Notes: a model not told the origin generated them from the sequence alone. A stretch of DNA of 64,000 nucleotides from Pseudomonas aeruginosa PAO1 (GCF_000006765.1 NC_002516.2); one strand, 5' to 3'; counted from the first letter of the stretch, positions 51,132 through 60,316 are shown. Numbers and translations: made by a program.

Positions 51132-51136
51132 AGTCG

Positions 51137-51163
51137 CCGGCGCCCGCAGGGCGCCGGTCATTT
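51137..51163 (+). terminator. Hairpin after the katN unit
   Basis: CCGGCGCCC-GCA-GGGCGCCGG followed by TCATTT. Confidence 0.55.
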
Positions 51164-51235
51164 CGTCCGGTCGTTGGAAAGCCCGGCGGGGCGGGCGGTC
51201 ATCAGTAGGGAGAATGCAGCAGGGAGTCCGCCGCC

Positions 51236-51661
51236 ATGAGTTTTTCCCGTTTCGCCCAGCGCCTGTCCAACTGGGCCGGCCGCCCGCCAACCTTCGTCGT
51301 TGCCCTCGGATTGATCCTGTTGTGGGCGATCAGCGGGCCGCTCTTCGACTTCAACGATACCTGGCAACTGGTGATCAATACCTCGACCACCATTGTCACC
51401 TTCCTCATGGTCTTCCTCATCCAGAACACCCAGAACCGCGATACCGACGCGCTGCATATCAAGATCGACGAACTGTTGCGCAGCACCCGACGTGCCCACA
51501 ATGCGCTGCTCGGTCTGGACGACCTGGACGCCGATACCCTTCGCGAACTGCGTCAGCGCTACCAGCACATGGGCGAGCAGGACGGCGAGACGCCGGAAAG
51601 CGTCGCCGCCGAGGAAGAGCGCCAGTGCGGATGCGGCGAGGAGCGACGGCGCGCCGACTGA
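51236..51661 (+). CDS. Low-affinity iron permease (Fet4-like) family protein
   Basis: WQLVINTSTTIVTFLMVFLIQNTQNRD..ALHIKIDELLR. Confidence 0.9.
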   Translation: MSFSRFAQRLSNWAGRPPTFVVALGLILLWAISGPLFDFNDTWQLVINTSTTIVTFLMVFLIQNTQNRDTDALHIKIDELLRSTRRAHNALLGLDDLDADTLRELRQRYQHMGEQDGETPESVAAEEERQCGCGEERRRAD

Positions 51662-51680
51662 ACCGCCGCGCCGTGATGGC

Positions 51681-52847
51681 TCATGGGCGCAGGACGACCT
51701 TGCGGCAATCCTCGCGTTTTTCGTCGAACAGGGCGTAGCCCTCCGGTGCGTCGTCCAGACGCAGGCGGTGGCTGATGATCGCCTCGGGATGCAGGTCGCC
51801 GTTGCCGATGTGTTCGAGCAAGGCCGGCAGCAGTGCCTGTACATGGGTCTGGCCCATCTTGAAGGTCAAGCCCTTGTCGAAGGCATCGCCGAACAGGAAG
51901 CCATGGATGAAGCCGGCATACACGCCCGGCACGCTCACCGTGCCACCCCGCCGGACAGCCGCGATGCACTGGCGTAGTGCCTTGCCGCTGCTGGCTTCGA
52001 GCTTGAGCGCGGTGAGCACGGTTTCGGTGACGCTGCCCTTGGCCTCGAAGCCCACCGCGTCGATCACCGCGTCGACGCCGCGGTGCCCGTCGGTGCGCTC
52101 GATGATCGCCGCGGCGGGATCGTCCTCCTGGTCGAAGTCGATGGGAATCGCACCGTAGGTGCGCGCGGCGAAGTCCAGCCGGTAGGGATGGTGGTCGACG
52201 ATGAAGATCCGCTCGGCGCCCAACATCCGCGCGCAGGCGGCGGCCATCAGGCCGACCGGGCCGGCGCCGTAGATCGCCACGCTACTGCCCTGGCGGACGC
52301 CGGCATTGCGCACCGCCTGGTAGCCGGTGGAGAGGATGTCGCTGAGGAACAGCACGCGTTCGTCTTCCATTACGTCGGGAATCACGAAAGGCCCGCTGTT
52401 GGCCTTGGGCACCCGAACGTATTCGGCCTGGCCACCCGGCACGCCGCCGTACAGGTGGCTGTAGCCATAGAGCGCCGCGCCCGGCGGAATCTGCTTCTTG
52501 TTGAGGATCGCGCCGCGCCCCGGGTTGGTGGTCTCGCAGGCGGCGTGCAGGTTCAGGCGGCAGAAGAAGCACTCGCCGCAGGCGATGACGAAAGGCACCA
52601 CCACCCGGTCGCCCGGACGCACCGCGGTCACGGCCGAGCCGACTTCCTCGACGACGCCCATGAACTCGTGGCCGAGGATGTCGCCCTGCTCGACCATCGG
52701 GATCTTGCCCCGGTAGAGATGTAGGTCGGAGCCGCAGATGGCGGTGGCGGTCACGCGAAGCAGCAGGTCGTCGGGTTCCTGCAGGCGCGGTTCGGCAACC
52801 CGATCGATACGGACATCGTGGCTGCCGTGGAAGGTGAGGGCGCGCAT
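51681..52847 (-). CDS. Zn-dependent alcohol dehydrogenase (YbdR-like), 388 aa
   Basis: [35 protein letters not shown]. Confidence 0.92.
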   Translation of the reverse strand: MRALTFHGSHDVRIDRVAEPRLQEPDDLLLRVTATAICGSDLHLYRGKIPMVEQGDILGHEFMGVVEEVGSAVTAVRPGDRVVVPFVIACGECFFCRLNLHAACETTNPGRGAILNKKQIPPGAALYGYSHLYGGVPGGQAEYVRVPKANSGPFVIPDVMEDERVLFLSDILSTGYQAVRNAGVRQGSSVAIYGAGPVGLMAAACARMLGAERIFIVDHHPYRLDFAARTYGAIPIDFDQEDDPAAAIIERTDGHRGVDAVIDAVGFEAKGSVTETVLTALKLEASSGKALRQCIAAVRRGGTVSVPGVYAGFIHGFLFGDAFDKGLTFKMGQTHVQALLPALLEHIGNGDLHPEAIISHRLRLDDAPEGYALFDEKREDCRKVVLRP

Positions 52848-53106
52848 GGCATTGCTCCTGGCTGTGGGTCGTGCAGGTGGGGCGTGCGCAGCAGCACCGG
52901 AGTTCATTCGGCGGGATGGGTGGCGCTCGATACCGGCCCCCGGAGGCCACTGCACCACGTTGAGTCGTGGAGGCCGGCGAGGAACGCAGGCCCTCGCTCC
53001 CTGGGTGCCATTCGTCGCGACGATGGCTCACGGCGGACGTACGGCAATCCTCTGTAGGGAAAGCATTGCAGACCGTCGAGGAACCGATACGGAAAGAGAG
53101 GCGAGC

Positions 53107-53661
53107 ATGTCCAAGCAGCACATCATCCATTTCACCGGGCCGATCAATTCGTCCACCTGCGGCAATCTGATCAACACTTGCGCCAAGGTCCTGCAACAGG
53201 AGGCCGAGGAGTTGCGGATCAACATCGCCACCATGGGCGGGGAATGCAGCTACGGCTTTACCCTGTACAACTTCCTGCGCGCGCTGCCGGTGCCGATACA
53301 TACCCACAACCTGGGTACCGTCGAGTCGATGGGCAACATCCTGTTCCTCGCCGGCGAGCGACGCAGCGCCAGTGCCCACAGCAAGTTCCTGTTCCATCCT
53401 TTCCACTGGACCCTGCATGGCGCGGTGGACCATGCGCGGATGGCGGAATATGCGATGAGCCTCGACTACGACCTGGAGCTTTACGCCCGGATCGTCGCCG
53501 AGAACACCCGTGATGCGCCGGAACGCCTGGACATCCCGCGCTACCTGATGGCCTATCCGCGCATCCTCGGTCCGGAAGACGCCCTGGCTTGCGGACTGAT
53601 CCATACGGTGGACGATTCGCCTATACCCGCTGCCGCCTGCCAGTGGAGTATCCATTCTTAG
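53107..53661 (+). CDS. Divergent ClpP-like (S14) protein, 184 aa
   Basis: INIATMGG, GFTLYNFL, VESMG (Ser), FLFHP (His); lacks the usual DRD motif. Confidence 0.82.
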   Translation: MSKQHIIHFTGPINSSTCGNLINTCAKVLQQEAEELRINIATMGGECSYGFTLYNFLRALPVPIHTHNLGTVESMGNILFLAGERRSASAHSKFLFHPFHWTLHGAVDHARMAEYAMSLDYDLELYARIVAENTRDAPERLDIPRYLMAYPRILGPEDALACGLIHTVDDSPIPAAACQWSIHS

Positions 53662-53836
53662 TTTCCCGCGCCGCCCAGCATATTCCGGCAAGCGGAAGGC
53701 CTTGGATCGGCTAATGATTTTTTCGTCCCAGGGCGCCCGCAAAGAGTTTGAACGATCCATCGCGCAAGCCTTCGGAGTAAGTGCACGCGGCGAAAAACGC
53801 CGCATCCCTTTCAACCCTCGAGAGGAGGACACGAGC

Positions 53837-54181
53837 ATGACCGACAAACGACAAGGCATGAGCACCAGCGAAGCCGGGCAGAAAGGCGGCGCAGCTACCT
53901 CCAGGAGCCACGGCAAGGAGTTCTACCAGGAGATCGGCCACAAGGGTGGCCAGGCCAGCGGCGGCAACTTCGCCAATGACCCGCAGCGCGCCGCCGAAGC
54001 CGGGCGCAAGGGTGGCCAGCAGAGCGGAGGCAATTTCGCCAATGACCCGGAAAGAGCCGCCGAGGCGGGCCGCAAGGGCGGCCAGCAGAGCGGCGGGAAC
54101 TTCGCCAACGATCGGGAAAAGGCCTCCGAGGCAGGACGCAAGGGTGGCCAGCACAGCCACGGCGGCGGACGCTCGTCCTGA
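53837..54181 (+). CDS. KGG-repeat general stress protein (GsiB/YciG-like), 114 aa
   Basis: GGAGG RBS; EAGQKGG, FYQEIGHKGG, three GGNFAND...EAGRKGG repeats; GAACGA-N16-TCGGA at 53750-53776. Confidence 0.92.
   Translation: MTDKRQGMSTSEAGQKGGAATSRSHGKEFYQEIGHKGGQASGGNFANDPQRAAEAGRKGGQQSGGNFANDPERAAEAGRKGGQQSGGNFANDREKASEAGRKGGQHSHGGGRSS
53959..54157 (+). repeat. Three imperfect 66-bp tandem coding repeats
   Basis: AGCGGCGGCAACTTCGCCAATGAC...CGCAAGGGTGGCCAGCAG units. Confidence 0.85.
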
Positions 54182-54203
54182 CCGTGCCGAACCGCTGAAG
54201 CGT

Positions 54204-54234
54204 ACGGCGCATCCCCAACGGGATGCGCCGTTTT
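54204..54234 (+). terminator. Intrinsic terminator between the KGG gene and exoY
   Basis: ACGGCGCATCCC-CAAC-GGGATGCGCCGT-TTT. Confidence 0.8.
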
Positions 54235-54343
54235 CACATCGGCCGAAGAGAGCCGGTCCGGGGCTTCGGAAAGTCCCGTTCGAACAGGCGGCAGGATGCC
54301 CATGCCGCCGGGGAAAGCGGGCTTTGCCAACGACCTTCGCGCA

Positions 54344-55480
54344 TCAGACCTTACGTTGGAAAAAGTCGAGCGCCTCCTGGAAGCTGGGCCGCAGCGGCAC
54401 GTTCCAGTCGGGATGGGCGGTGAAGTGATAGCCGTTGCCCTTGATGCACTCGACCAGCAAGGAAAAGCTCTTCCGATCCGCCACCACGCAGACCTCGTCG
54501 AAGCGAACGGACTCTTCTCCGACCCGATGCTCCATGGCCCGGGGAAGGTAGAAGGTGGCCGGGAAGTTGTCACCCATATGGGAGCCTGGGTTGCCCGCAT
54601 CGTCGCTGTGGTGAAACATCTCCCTGTGCTCCCCCCGGCCCAGGCAGTCATTGAGGGCGTCCACCAGTTGCCGCGTGCGCGGAGTGATGTTTCCCCTGGC
54701 CATATCCTCCCTGCCATAGAATCCGTCCTCGCTCAGGGGATCCTTTGCACCGAGGGGGGTGTATCTGACCGCGGTATTCCTTCTTGCATCGAGACCACCA
54801 CTGCCATGCGCCTCGATCGAGGGCGCTACCAGGAAGAGGTCATAATCGGCGGTCATCGCCAGCCCGCAAGCCGGGCTGGCCAGTACCTGCACCGCTTCCG
54901 ACCGCCCCAGGCGGCTGATCCTGTAGAGACCGTCCGGCTCCTGGCGGGCTTCGAACTCATAGCGTTTGCCGCTGGGGCCCTGCGCGGTCAGGAGGCGAAC
55001 CGGCCCGACACCGTCTGCCACCAGGCCGAAATTCCGCACCAGCTCCGCAAGGCGTTGCCGAGAGATGCGCAGGTCGGTCTGGGTATAGGCTCCGCCATCC
55101 ATTCCCTTCGCCACAGCCAGGTTCAGCTTGCGTATTTCCGCCGTGTCGCGGTCTTCCCGCTTGCTGAGATGCTGGTCGACACAGATGAACCCCGCCTGCG
55201 GACCCCAGTTCGAGCTTTTCCCCTTCACCGAGAAGCCCTTGGTCGGGAAACCCTCTTCGATCAGCGTGGTGACGATTCTTTCAACCGGGCGAATGCCAAA
55301 GACGGTATTCGTCTGCCTGGCCACCGCCTGCATGCGCAAGGCATGTTCGACGGGAACCCCCACCCCCTGCGCATCGAACAGGTCCTGTAGAGCCCGTGCC
55401 TGCATATCCGCAGGGCGCAGTAGCGGTCCGGGCTGTGCCGTTGCGTTAGAAACCACCTGACGATGACCGTCGATACGCAT
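54344..55480 (-). CDS. exoY: T3SS effector nucleotidyl cyclase ExoY, intact, 378 aa
   Basis: MRIDGHRQVVSN start, GFPTKGFSVKGKSS ATP-binding loop, TADYDLF metal-binding motif. Confidence 0.97.
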   Translation of the reverse strand: MRIDGHRQVVSNATAQPGPLLRPADMQARALQDLFDAQGVGVPVEHALRMQAVARQTNTVFGIRPVERIVTTLIEEGFPTKGFSVKGKSSNWGPQAGFICVDQHLSKREDRDTAEIRKLNLAVAKGMDGGAYTQTDLRISRQRLAELVRNFGLVADGVGPVRLLTAQGPSGKRYEFEARQEPDGLYRISRLGRSEAVQVLASPACGLAMTADYDLFLVAPSIEAHGSGGLDARRNTAVRYTPLGAKDPLSEDGFYGREDMARGNITPRTRQLVDALNDCLGRGEHREMFHHSDDAGNPGSHMGDNFPATFYLPRAMEHRVGEESVRFDEVCVVADRKSFSLLVECIKGNGYHFTAHPDWNVPLRPSFQEALDFFQRKV

Positions 55481-55515
55481 GGTTCGTTTTCCCGCATATG
55501 CCAAAGAAGGAGTCG

Positions 55516-55568
55516 AGAATAAGAATCCGGGCAGCGGCGAGATATCAGAAAACGCGGGCAAATTTTTT
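55516..55568 (-). promoter_or_regulatory. ExsA-dependent promoter of exoY
   Basis: A-tract (55563-55568), TGATA box (55543-55547), TATTCT -10 (55516-55521) at the ExsA spacing; the GnC position reads CGC. Confidence 0.75.
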
Positions 55569-55708
55569 GTTTTCCGCACGCTGCCCGCGCGAGCGCTAGG
55601 TAGATGGCTGCGACGCCGGGAAGAAACTTCGAACTCCCCGTATGCGGGCGATTCACAAGCAGGGAGAGCCGCGCCGAAAACGGCGCGCCGGAAGAAGGAG
55701 ACAGAACG

Positions 55709-56122
55709 ATGAAAGTCCGGGAAATCATGAGTCGCGAAGTACGTACCGTCACCCCCCAGACCACCCTCGGCGAGGCGGCGCTGCTGATGCGCCAAGCCGA
55801 TATCGGCGCCTTGCTGGTCAACGAGGGCGAGCGCCTGACCGGCGTGGTCACCGACCGCGACCTGGCGGTGCGCGGCCTCGCCGATGGACTCGGAGCCGAC
55901 CGCCCGGTGCGCGAGGTGATGAGCGGTGAACTGCGCTACTGCTTCGAGGACGAGGAAGTGGACCATGTGACGAAGAACATGGCGCAACTGGAGAAGCGCC
56001 GCTTGCCGGTAATGGATCGCAACAAGCGCCTGGTAGGCATCGTCTCGCTGGCCAACATCGCGACCTGCAACACCGACAAGCTCAGCGCCAACCTCTTGCG
56101 CGGCGTGGCCCGCGCGCACTGA
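55709..56122 (+). CDS. Tandem CBS-domain protein, 137 aa (paralog of 22794-23210)
   Basis: MKVREIMS, LTGVVTDRDL, RRLPV..LVGIVSLA; GAACTC-N16-TCACA at 55631-55657. Confidence 0.9.
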   Translation: MKVREIMSREVRTVTPQTTLGEAALLMRQADIGALLVNEGERLTGVVTDRDLAVRGLADGLGADRPVREVMSGELRYCFEDEEVDHVTKNMAQLEKRRLPVMDRNKRLVGIVSLANIATCNTDKLSANLLRGVARAH

Positions 56123-56177
56123 GTCGGACATGACGGAACGACGGGTGGTGGCGATCTGCGGCGGCAGCGCCGGGGTC

Positions 56178-56348
56178 GGGCGAGCGATACACCGGTGACG
56201 GCCAGAGGGCGTCGCCGCCAAGGCGGCGCAGGTGGTCCAGGCGCGCGACCAGGCCGGGCAGGTCACCGTCGCTGTCGGTGAACGAACGCGGGTAGACCTG
56301 GTAGATCACCGCGCGTTTCCACCAGGGCGGCTGGAAGGATTGCAGCAT
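56178..56348 (-). pseudogene. 5' remnant of a GH13 alpha-glucosidase-like gene
   Basis: GGAGG-ATG; WWKRAVIYQVYPRSFTDSDGDLPGLVARLDHLRRLGGDALWPSPVYRSP, after which similarity ends. Confidence 0.8.
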
Positions 56349-56434
56349 GGGGCCTCCACGGGTGAGCCGGCTTTGCTGCTTGGCACCCTGGGGTAGGCGC
56401 GGGTTCGACTTTTCCGCGCGAACGCCTGCACCCC

Positions 56435-56454
56435 ACCTACCAGAATTGGCAGGG
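56435..56454 (+). promoter_or_regulatory. las/rhl (lux) box of the hcn promoter
   Basis: ACCTACCAGAATTGGCAGGG fits CT-N12-AG. Confidence 0.85.
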
Positions 56455-56466
56455 GAAGATACCCAC

Positions 56467-56480
56467 CTGTCATGGATCAA
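56467..56480 (+). promoter_or_regulatory. ANR box of the hcn promoter
   Basis: CTGTCATGGATCAA, partial TTGAT-N4-ATCAA. Confidence 0.75.
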
Positions 56481-56528
56481 TGTCCGCGCCCGGCCCGACT
56501 CCTAGTGTCGCCGGCTCCCGACTCTCTC

Positions 56529-56538
56529 TCACGGATGA
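56529..56538 (+). promoter_or_regulatory. RsmA-type site overlapping the hcnA ribosome-binding region
   Basis: TCACGGATGA hairpin with GGA in the loop, 7 nt before ATG 56546. Confidence 0.7.
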
Positions 56539-56545
56539 AAGGGCA

Positions 56546-56860
56546 ATGCACCTTCTTGAACGTCAACACGATATCCAGCCCCTCTCGCGGGCAGACATGA
56601 CCATCCACCTCAATGGCCAGCCCGTCGCGGCGGCTGCCGGTGAGACCGTGCTCAACGTGCTCAATGCCGTGGGCCTGCGCCGGCTCGCGCGCAACGACCA
56701 TGGCCAGGCCAGCGGCGCCTTCTGCGGCATGGGCGTATGCCACTGCTGCCTGGTCGCCATCGACGGCCGGCCCAAGCGCCGCGCCTGCCAGACCGTCGTC
56801 CGGCCGGGCATGCGGGTGGAAACCGAAAGCAACCGCTTCGACCAGGAGGAACGGCCATGA
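56546..56860 (+). CDS. hcnA: Hydrogen cyanide synthase subunit A, 104 aa
   Basis: 2Fe-2S motif FCGMGVCHCC...RACQT. Confidence 0.96.
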   Translation: MHLLERQHDIQPLSRADMTIHLNGQPVAAAAGETVLNVLNAVGLRRLARNDHGQASGAFCGMGVCHCCLVAIDGRPKRRACQTVVRPGMRVETESNRFDQEERP

Positions 56861-58251
56861 ACCTGCGCCCGGTGATCGTCGGCGGCGGCTCGGCCGGCAT
56901 GGCCGCAGCCATCGAGCTGGCCAGGCGCGGGGTCCCCTGCGTCCTCTTCGACGAGGCCTCGCGTCCCGGCGGGGTGGTCTATCGCGGCCCCTTGCGGGCC
57001 GGCGTCGATCCGGCCTACCTCGGCGCGCGCTACACCCGGATGCTGGAAAAACTGCGGCGCGATTTCTCCGCCTGCGCCGGGCACATCGACCTGCGCCTGA
57101 ACAGCCGCGTGGTCGGTGGCGACGGCCAGCGCCTGATGGTCCTCGACGAGGCGGAACGGCTGCACGAGGTGGAGTATTCGCACCTGCTCCTGGCCACCGG
57201 CTGCCATGAGCGCAGCGTGCCGTTTCCCGGCTGGACCCTGCCCGGGGTGATGCTCCTCGGCGGCCTGCAATTGCAGATCAAGAGCGGCGTGGTGAAGCCC
57301 CTGGGCGATACCCTGATCGCCGGCAGCGGCCCGCTGCTGCCACTGGTGGCCTGCCAGCTGCATGCGGCCGGGGTACGTGTCGCCGGGGTCTACGAGGCCT
57401 GCGCGTTCGGCCGCATGGCCAGGGAAAGCCTGGCGCTGCTGAACAAGCCGCAACTGTTCCTCGACGGCCTGAGCATGCTCGGCTATCTCAAGCTCAACGG
57501 CATTCCGCTGCACTATGGCTGGGGCGTGGTGGAGGCCAGCGGCGATGGGGAACTGACGGAAGTGACGGTAGCGCCCTACGACGAAGAGTGGCGGCCCGAC
57601 CTGGAAAACGCGCGACCGGTGAAGGCCAGCACCCTGGCGGTCGGCTATGGCTTCATCCCGCGCACCCAGCTCAGCCAGCAGTTGGGTCTGGAGCACGGCT
57701 TCAGCGACGACGGATACCTGCGCGCGGAATGCAACGTCTGGCAGCAGAGCAGCCAACCGCACATCCACCTGGCCGGCGACATGGCGGGTATCCGCGGCGG
57801 CGAGGCGGCGATGATCGGCGGGCGCATCGCGGCCTTGTCGATCCTCCTGCAACGCGAGGCCATCGCGCCCGCCGAGGCCATCGAACGCCGAGAATCCCAT
57901 CTCGCCCGCCTGGAGGCGATCAAGCGCTTCCGCGCCGGAGTCGAGCGCTACACCCAGCGCGGCGCCCGCCAGGTCGAACTGGCGCGGGCCGATACGGTGA
58001 TCTGCCGCTGCGAACAGGTCACCCGTGGCGACATCGAGCGCGCGCTCGAACAGGGCGTGCAGGACATCGCCGGGCTGAAGATGCGCACCCGCGCCGGCAT
58101 GGGCGACTGCCAGGGGCGGATGTGCATCGGCTACTGCAGCGATCGCCTGCGCCGTGCCACCGGACGCCACGACGTCGGCTGGCTGCGGCCGCGTTTCCCG
58201 ATCGATCCGATCCCGTTTTCCGCATTCCAGAACCTCGGTACGGAAGCCTGA
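56857..58251 (+). CDS. hcnB: Hydrogen cyanide synthase subunit B, 464 aa
   Basis: GGGSAG FAD motif, ATGCHER, ICRCE, GMGDCQGRMC. Confidence 0.96.
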   Translation: MNLRPVIVGGGSAGMAAAIELARRGVPCVLFDEASRPGGVVYRGPLRAGVDPAYLGARYTRMLEKLRRDFSACAGHIDLRLNSRVVGGDGQRLMVLDEAERLHEVEYSHLLLATGCHERSVPFPGWTLPGVMLLGGLQLQIKSGVVKPLGDTLIAGSGPLLPLVACQLHAAGVRVAGVYEACAFGRMARESLALLNKPQLFLDGLSMLGYLKLNGIPLHYGWGVVEASGDGELTEVTVAPYDEEWRPDLENARPVKASTLAVGYGFIPRTQLSQQLGLEHGFSDDGYLRAECNVWQQSSQPHIHLAGDMAGIRGGEAAMIGGRIAALSILLQREAIAPAEAIERRESHLARLEAIKRFRAGVERYTQRGARQVELARADTVICRCEQVTRGDIERALEQGVQDIAGLKMRTRAGMGDCQGRMCIGYCSDRLRRATGRHDVGWLRPRFPIDPIPFSAFQNLGTEA

Positions 58252-58253
58252 AC

Positions 58254-59507
58254 ATGAACAGAACCTATGACATCGTGATTGCCGGCGGCGGCGTGATCGG
58301 CGCGTCCTGCGCCTACCAACTGTCCAGGCGCGGCAACCTGCGCATCGCCGTGGTCGACGACAAGCGACCGGGCAACGCCACCCGCGCCTCGGCCGGCGGC
58401 CTCTGGGCCATCGGCGAATCGGTGGGACTGGGCTGCGGGGTGATCTTCTTCCGCATGATGTCCTCCCGCAACCGGCGCGAGGCCCAGGGCGCGGCGGTGG
58501 CGGTGGACGCGAGCACGCCGCACATCCTGCCGCCGGCGTTCTTCGACCTCGCCCTGCAATCCAACGCGCTGTACCCGGAACTGCACCGAGAACTGATCGA
58601 ACGCCACGGGATGGACTTCAAGTTCGAGCGCACCGGGCTGAAATACGTGATCCAGGACGACGAGGATCGCCAGTACGCCGAGCACATCGTGGCGCAGATC
58701 CCGCATCTGGCCGAGCAGGTGCGCTGGCTGGACCGCGAGGAACTGCGTCGTGCCGAGCCGGCGGTCAGCCACGCGGCCCACGGCGCGCTGGAATTCCTCT
58801 GCGACCACCAGGTCAGCCCGTTCCGCCTGGCCGACGCCTACCTGGAGGCGGCGCGCCAGAACGGCGTCGAGCTGTTGCCGGGAACCAACGTCACCGGCGT
58901 GCTGCGCCAGGGCCGGCGGATCAGCGGGGTGCGCACGGACAATGCCGGGGTGCTGCATTGCCGCACCCTGATCAACGCCGCCGGCGCCTGGGCCGCGGAG
59001 CTCAGCGAAATGGCCACCGGCCGGCGCATCCCGGTGAAGCCGGTGAAGGGCCAGATCGTCCTCACCGAGCGCATGCCACGACTGCTGAACGGTTGCCTGA
59101 CCACCAGCGACTGCTACATGGCGCAGAAGGACAATGGCGAGATCCTGATCGGCAGCACCACCGAGGACAAGGGCTTCGACGTCAGCAACACCTTCCCGGA
59201 AATCGCCGGCCTGGTGCAGGGCGCGGTGCGTTGCGTGCCGGAGCTGCAACAGGTCAACCTCAAGCGCACCTGGGCCGGCCTGCGCCCAGGCTCGCCGGAC
59301 GAACTGCCGATTCTCGGTCCGGTGGCGGAAGTGGAGGGCTACCTGAATGCCTGCGGGCATTTCCGCACCGGCATCCTCACGTCGGCGATCACCGGGGTGC
59401 TGCTCGACCGGCTGGTCCACGAAGAGACGCTGCCGCTGGACATCGCGCCGTTCCTCGCCGCGCGCTTCCAGCCGGAGCCTGCCGCCGTGGCGGTCGCGGC
59501 CTGCTAG
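58254..59507 (+). CDS. hcnC: Hydrogen cyanide synthase subunit C, 417 aa
   Basis: GGGVIG, ATRASAGG, WAGLRPGSPD, GHFRTG. Confidence 0.96.
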   Translation: MNRTYDIVIAGGGVIGASCAYQLSRRGNLRIAVVDDKRPGNATRASAGGLWAIGESVGLGCGVIFFRMMSSRNRREAQGAAVAVDASTPHILPPAFFDLALQSNALYPELHRELIERHGMDFKFERTGLKYVIQDDEDRQYAEHIVAQIPHLAEQVRWLDREELRRAEPAVSHAAHGALEFLCDHQVSPFRLADAYLEAARQNGVELLPGTNVTGVLRQGRRISGVRTDNAGVLHCRTLINAAGAWAAELSEMATGRRIPVKPVKGQIVLTERMPRLLNGCLTTSDCYMAQKDNGEILIGSTTEDKGFDVSNTFPEIAGLVQGAVRCVPELQQVNLKRTWAGLRPGSPDELPILGPVAEVEGYLNACGHFRTGILTSAITGVLLDRLVHEETLPLDIAPFLAARFQPEPAAVAVAAC

Positions 59508-59598
59508 GTCCGCGAGGGGTAAATCCGCGGAGCGGGGCGGGCGCCGGACCGGCGTCCGCTCCGCACGGTTCCCGACAGCGGCGCAGTTGCCGTCGGCG

Positions 59599-59639
59599 CT
59601 ATACTCATGGCTTCGAATTGTTTCTAGACGACTGGTCTA
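59599..59639 (+). promoter_or_regulatory. -10 element and NemR-like palindromic operator
   Basis: CTATACT at 59599-59605; TAGACGACTGGTCTA at 59625-59639. Confidence 0.75.
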
Positions 59640-59660
59640 ATTCAAGCTACCGTGCGCCCC

Positions 59661-60245
59661 ATGAAAACCAGCTACGACGACACCCGCCAGCATCTGCTCG
59701 ATACCGGATACCGGATCATGGCGGTCAAAGGCTTCTCCGGAGTCGGCCTCAACGAAATCCTGCAGAGCGCGGGCGTTCCCAAGGGCTCGTTCTACCATTA
59801 CTTCAAATCCAAGGAACAGTTCGGCCAGGCCCTGCTGGAGGACTACTTCCGCGTCTACCTGGCGGACATGGACCAACGCTTCTCCGCGCCAGGGCTGAAT
59901 GCCCGCGAACGACTGATGAGCTACTGGCAGAAGTGGCTGGACAACGCCTGCCCGCCCTGCGACGAGCAGCGCTGCCTGGTGGTCAAGCTCAGCGCCGAGG
60001 TCGCGGACCTTTCGGAAAGCATGCGCATCACCCTGCGCGACGGCTCCGACGGGATCATCGAACGCCTGGTCGGCTGCCTCGGGCAGGGCCGCGACGACGG
60101 CTCCCTCGCGCCCTGCGATGCCCGGCACATGGCCAGCGCGCTGTACCAGTTGTGGCTCGGCGCGAGCCTGCTGAGCAAGCTGCACCGCAGCCCGGGACCG
60201 CTGGAAACAGCCATGCAGACCACCCGCAGCCTGCTGGAAATCTGA
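59661..60245 (+). CDS. TetR family regulator, NemR-like (GTG 59652 possible)
   Basis: KGFSGVGLNEILQSAGVPKGSFYHYFKSKE HTH; CLVVKLSAEV, LYQLWLGA. Confidence 0.92.
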   Translation: MKTSYDDTRQHLLDTGYRIMAVKGFSGVGLNEILQSAGVPKGSFYHYFKSKEQFGQALLEDYFRVYLADMDQRFSAPGLNARERLMSYWQKWLDNACPPCDEQRCLVVKLSAEVADLSESMRITLRDGSDGIIERLVGCLGQGRDDGSLAPCDARHMASALYQLWLGASLLSKLHRSPGPLETAMQTTRSLLEI

Positions 60246-60262
60246 GGTTCCGCCAGGAAATA

Positions 60263-60290
60263 CCCGCCCCGCGAGAGGCGGGTGTTTTTT
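60263..60290 (+). terminator. Intrinsic terminator after the TetR gene
   Basis: CCCGCC...GGCGGG stem followed by TGTTTTTT. Confidence 0.75.
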
Positions 60291-60301
60291 CGACCCGTCA
60301 G

Positions 60302-60316
60302 TAGTTGACTGGTCTA
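60302..60316 (+). promoter_or_regulatory. Second NemR-like operator, before the oxidoreductase operon
   Basis: TAGTTGACTGGTCTA, same right half-site and following ATTT as 59625. Confidence 0.7.

Noticed and set aside
53941-54160. Regularly spaced repeats as a possible CRISPR array
   Set aside because: These are in-frame 66-bp coding repeats of the KGG protein with no unique spacers, and there are no cas genes.
54296-55390. 364-aa ORF antisense to exoY
   Set aside because: Shadow ORF with no recognisable motif or RBS.
54344-56266. 640-aa extended ExoY
   Set aside because: The extension runs antisense through the CBS gene and over the ExsA promoter; the known start MRIDGH at 55480 gives 378 aa.
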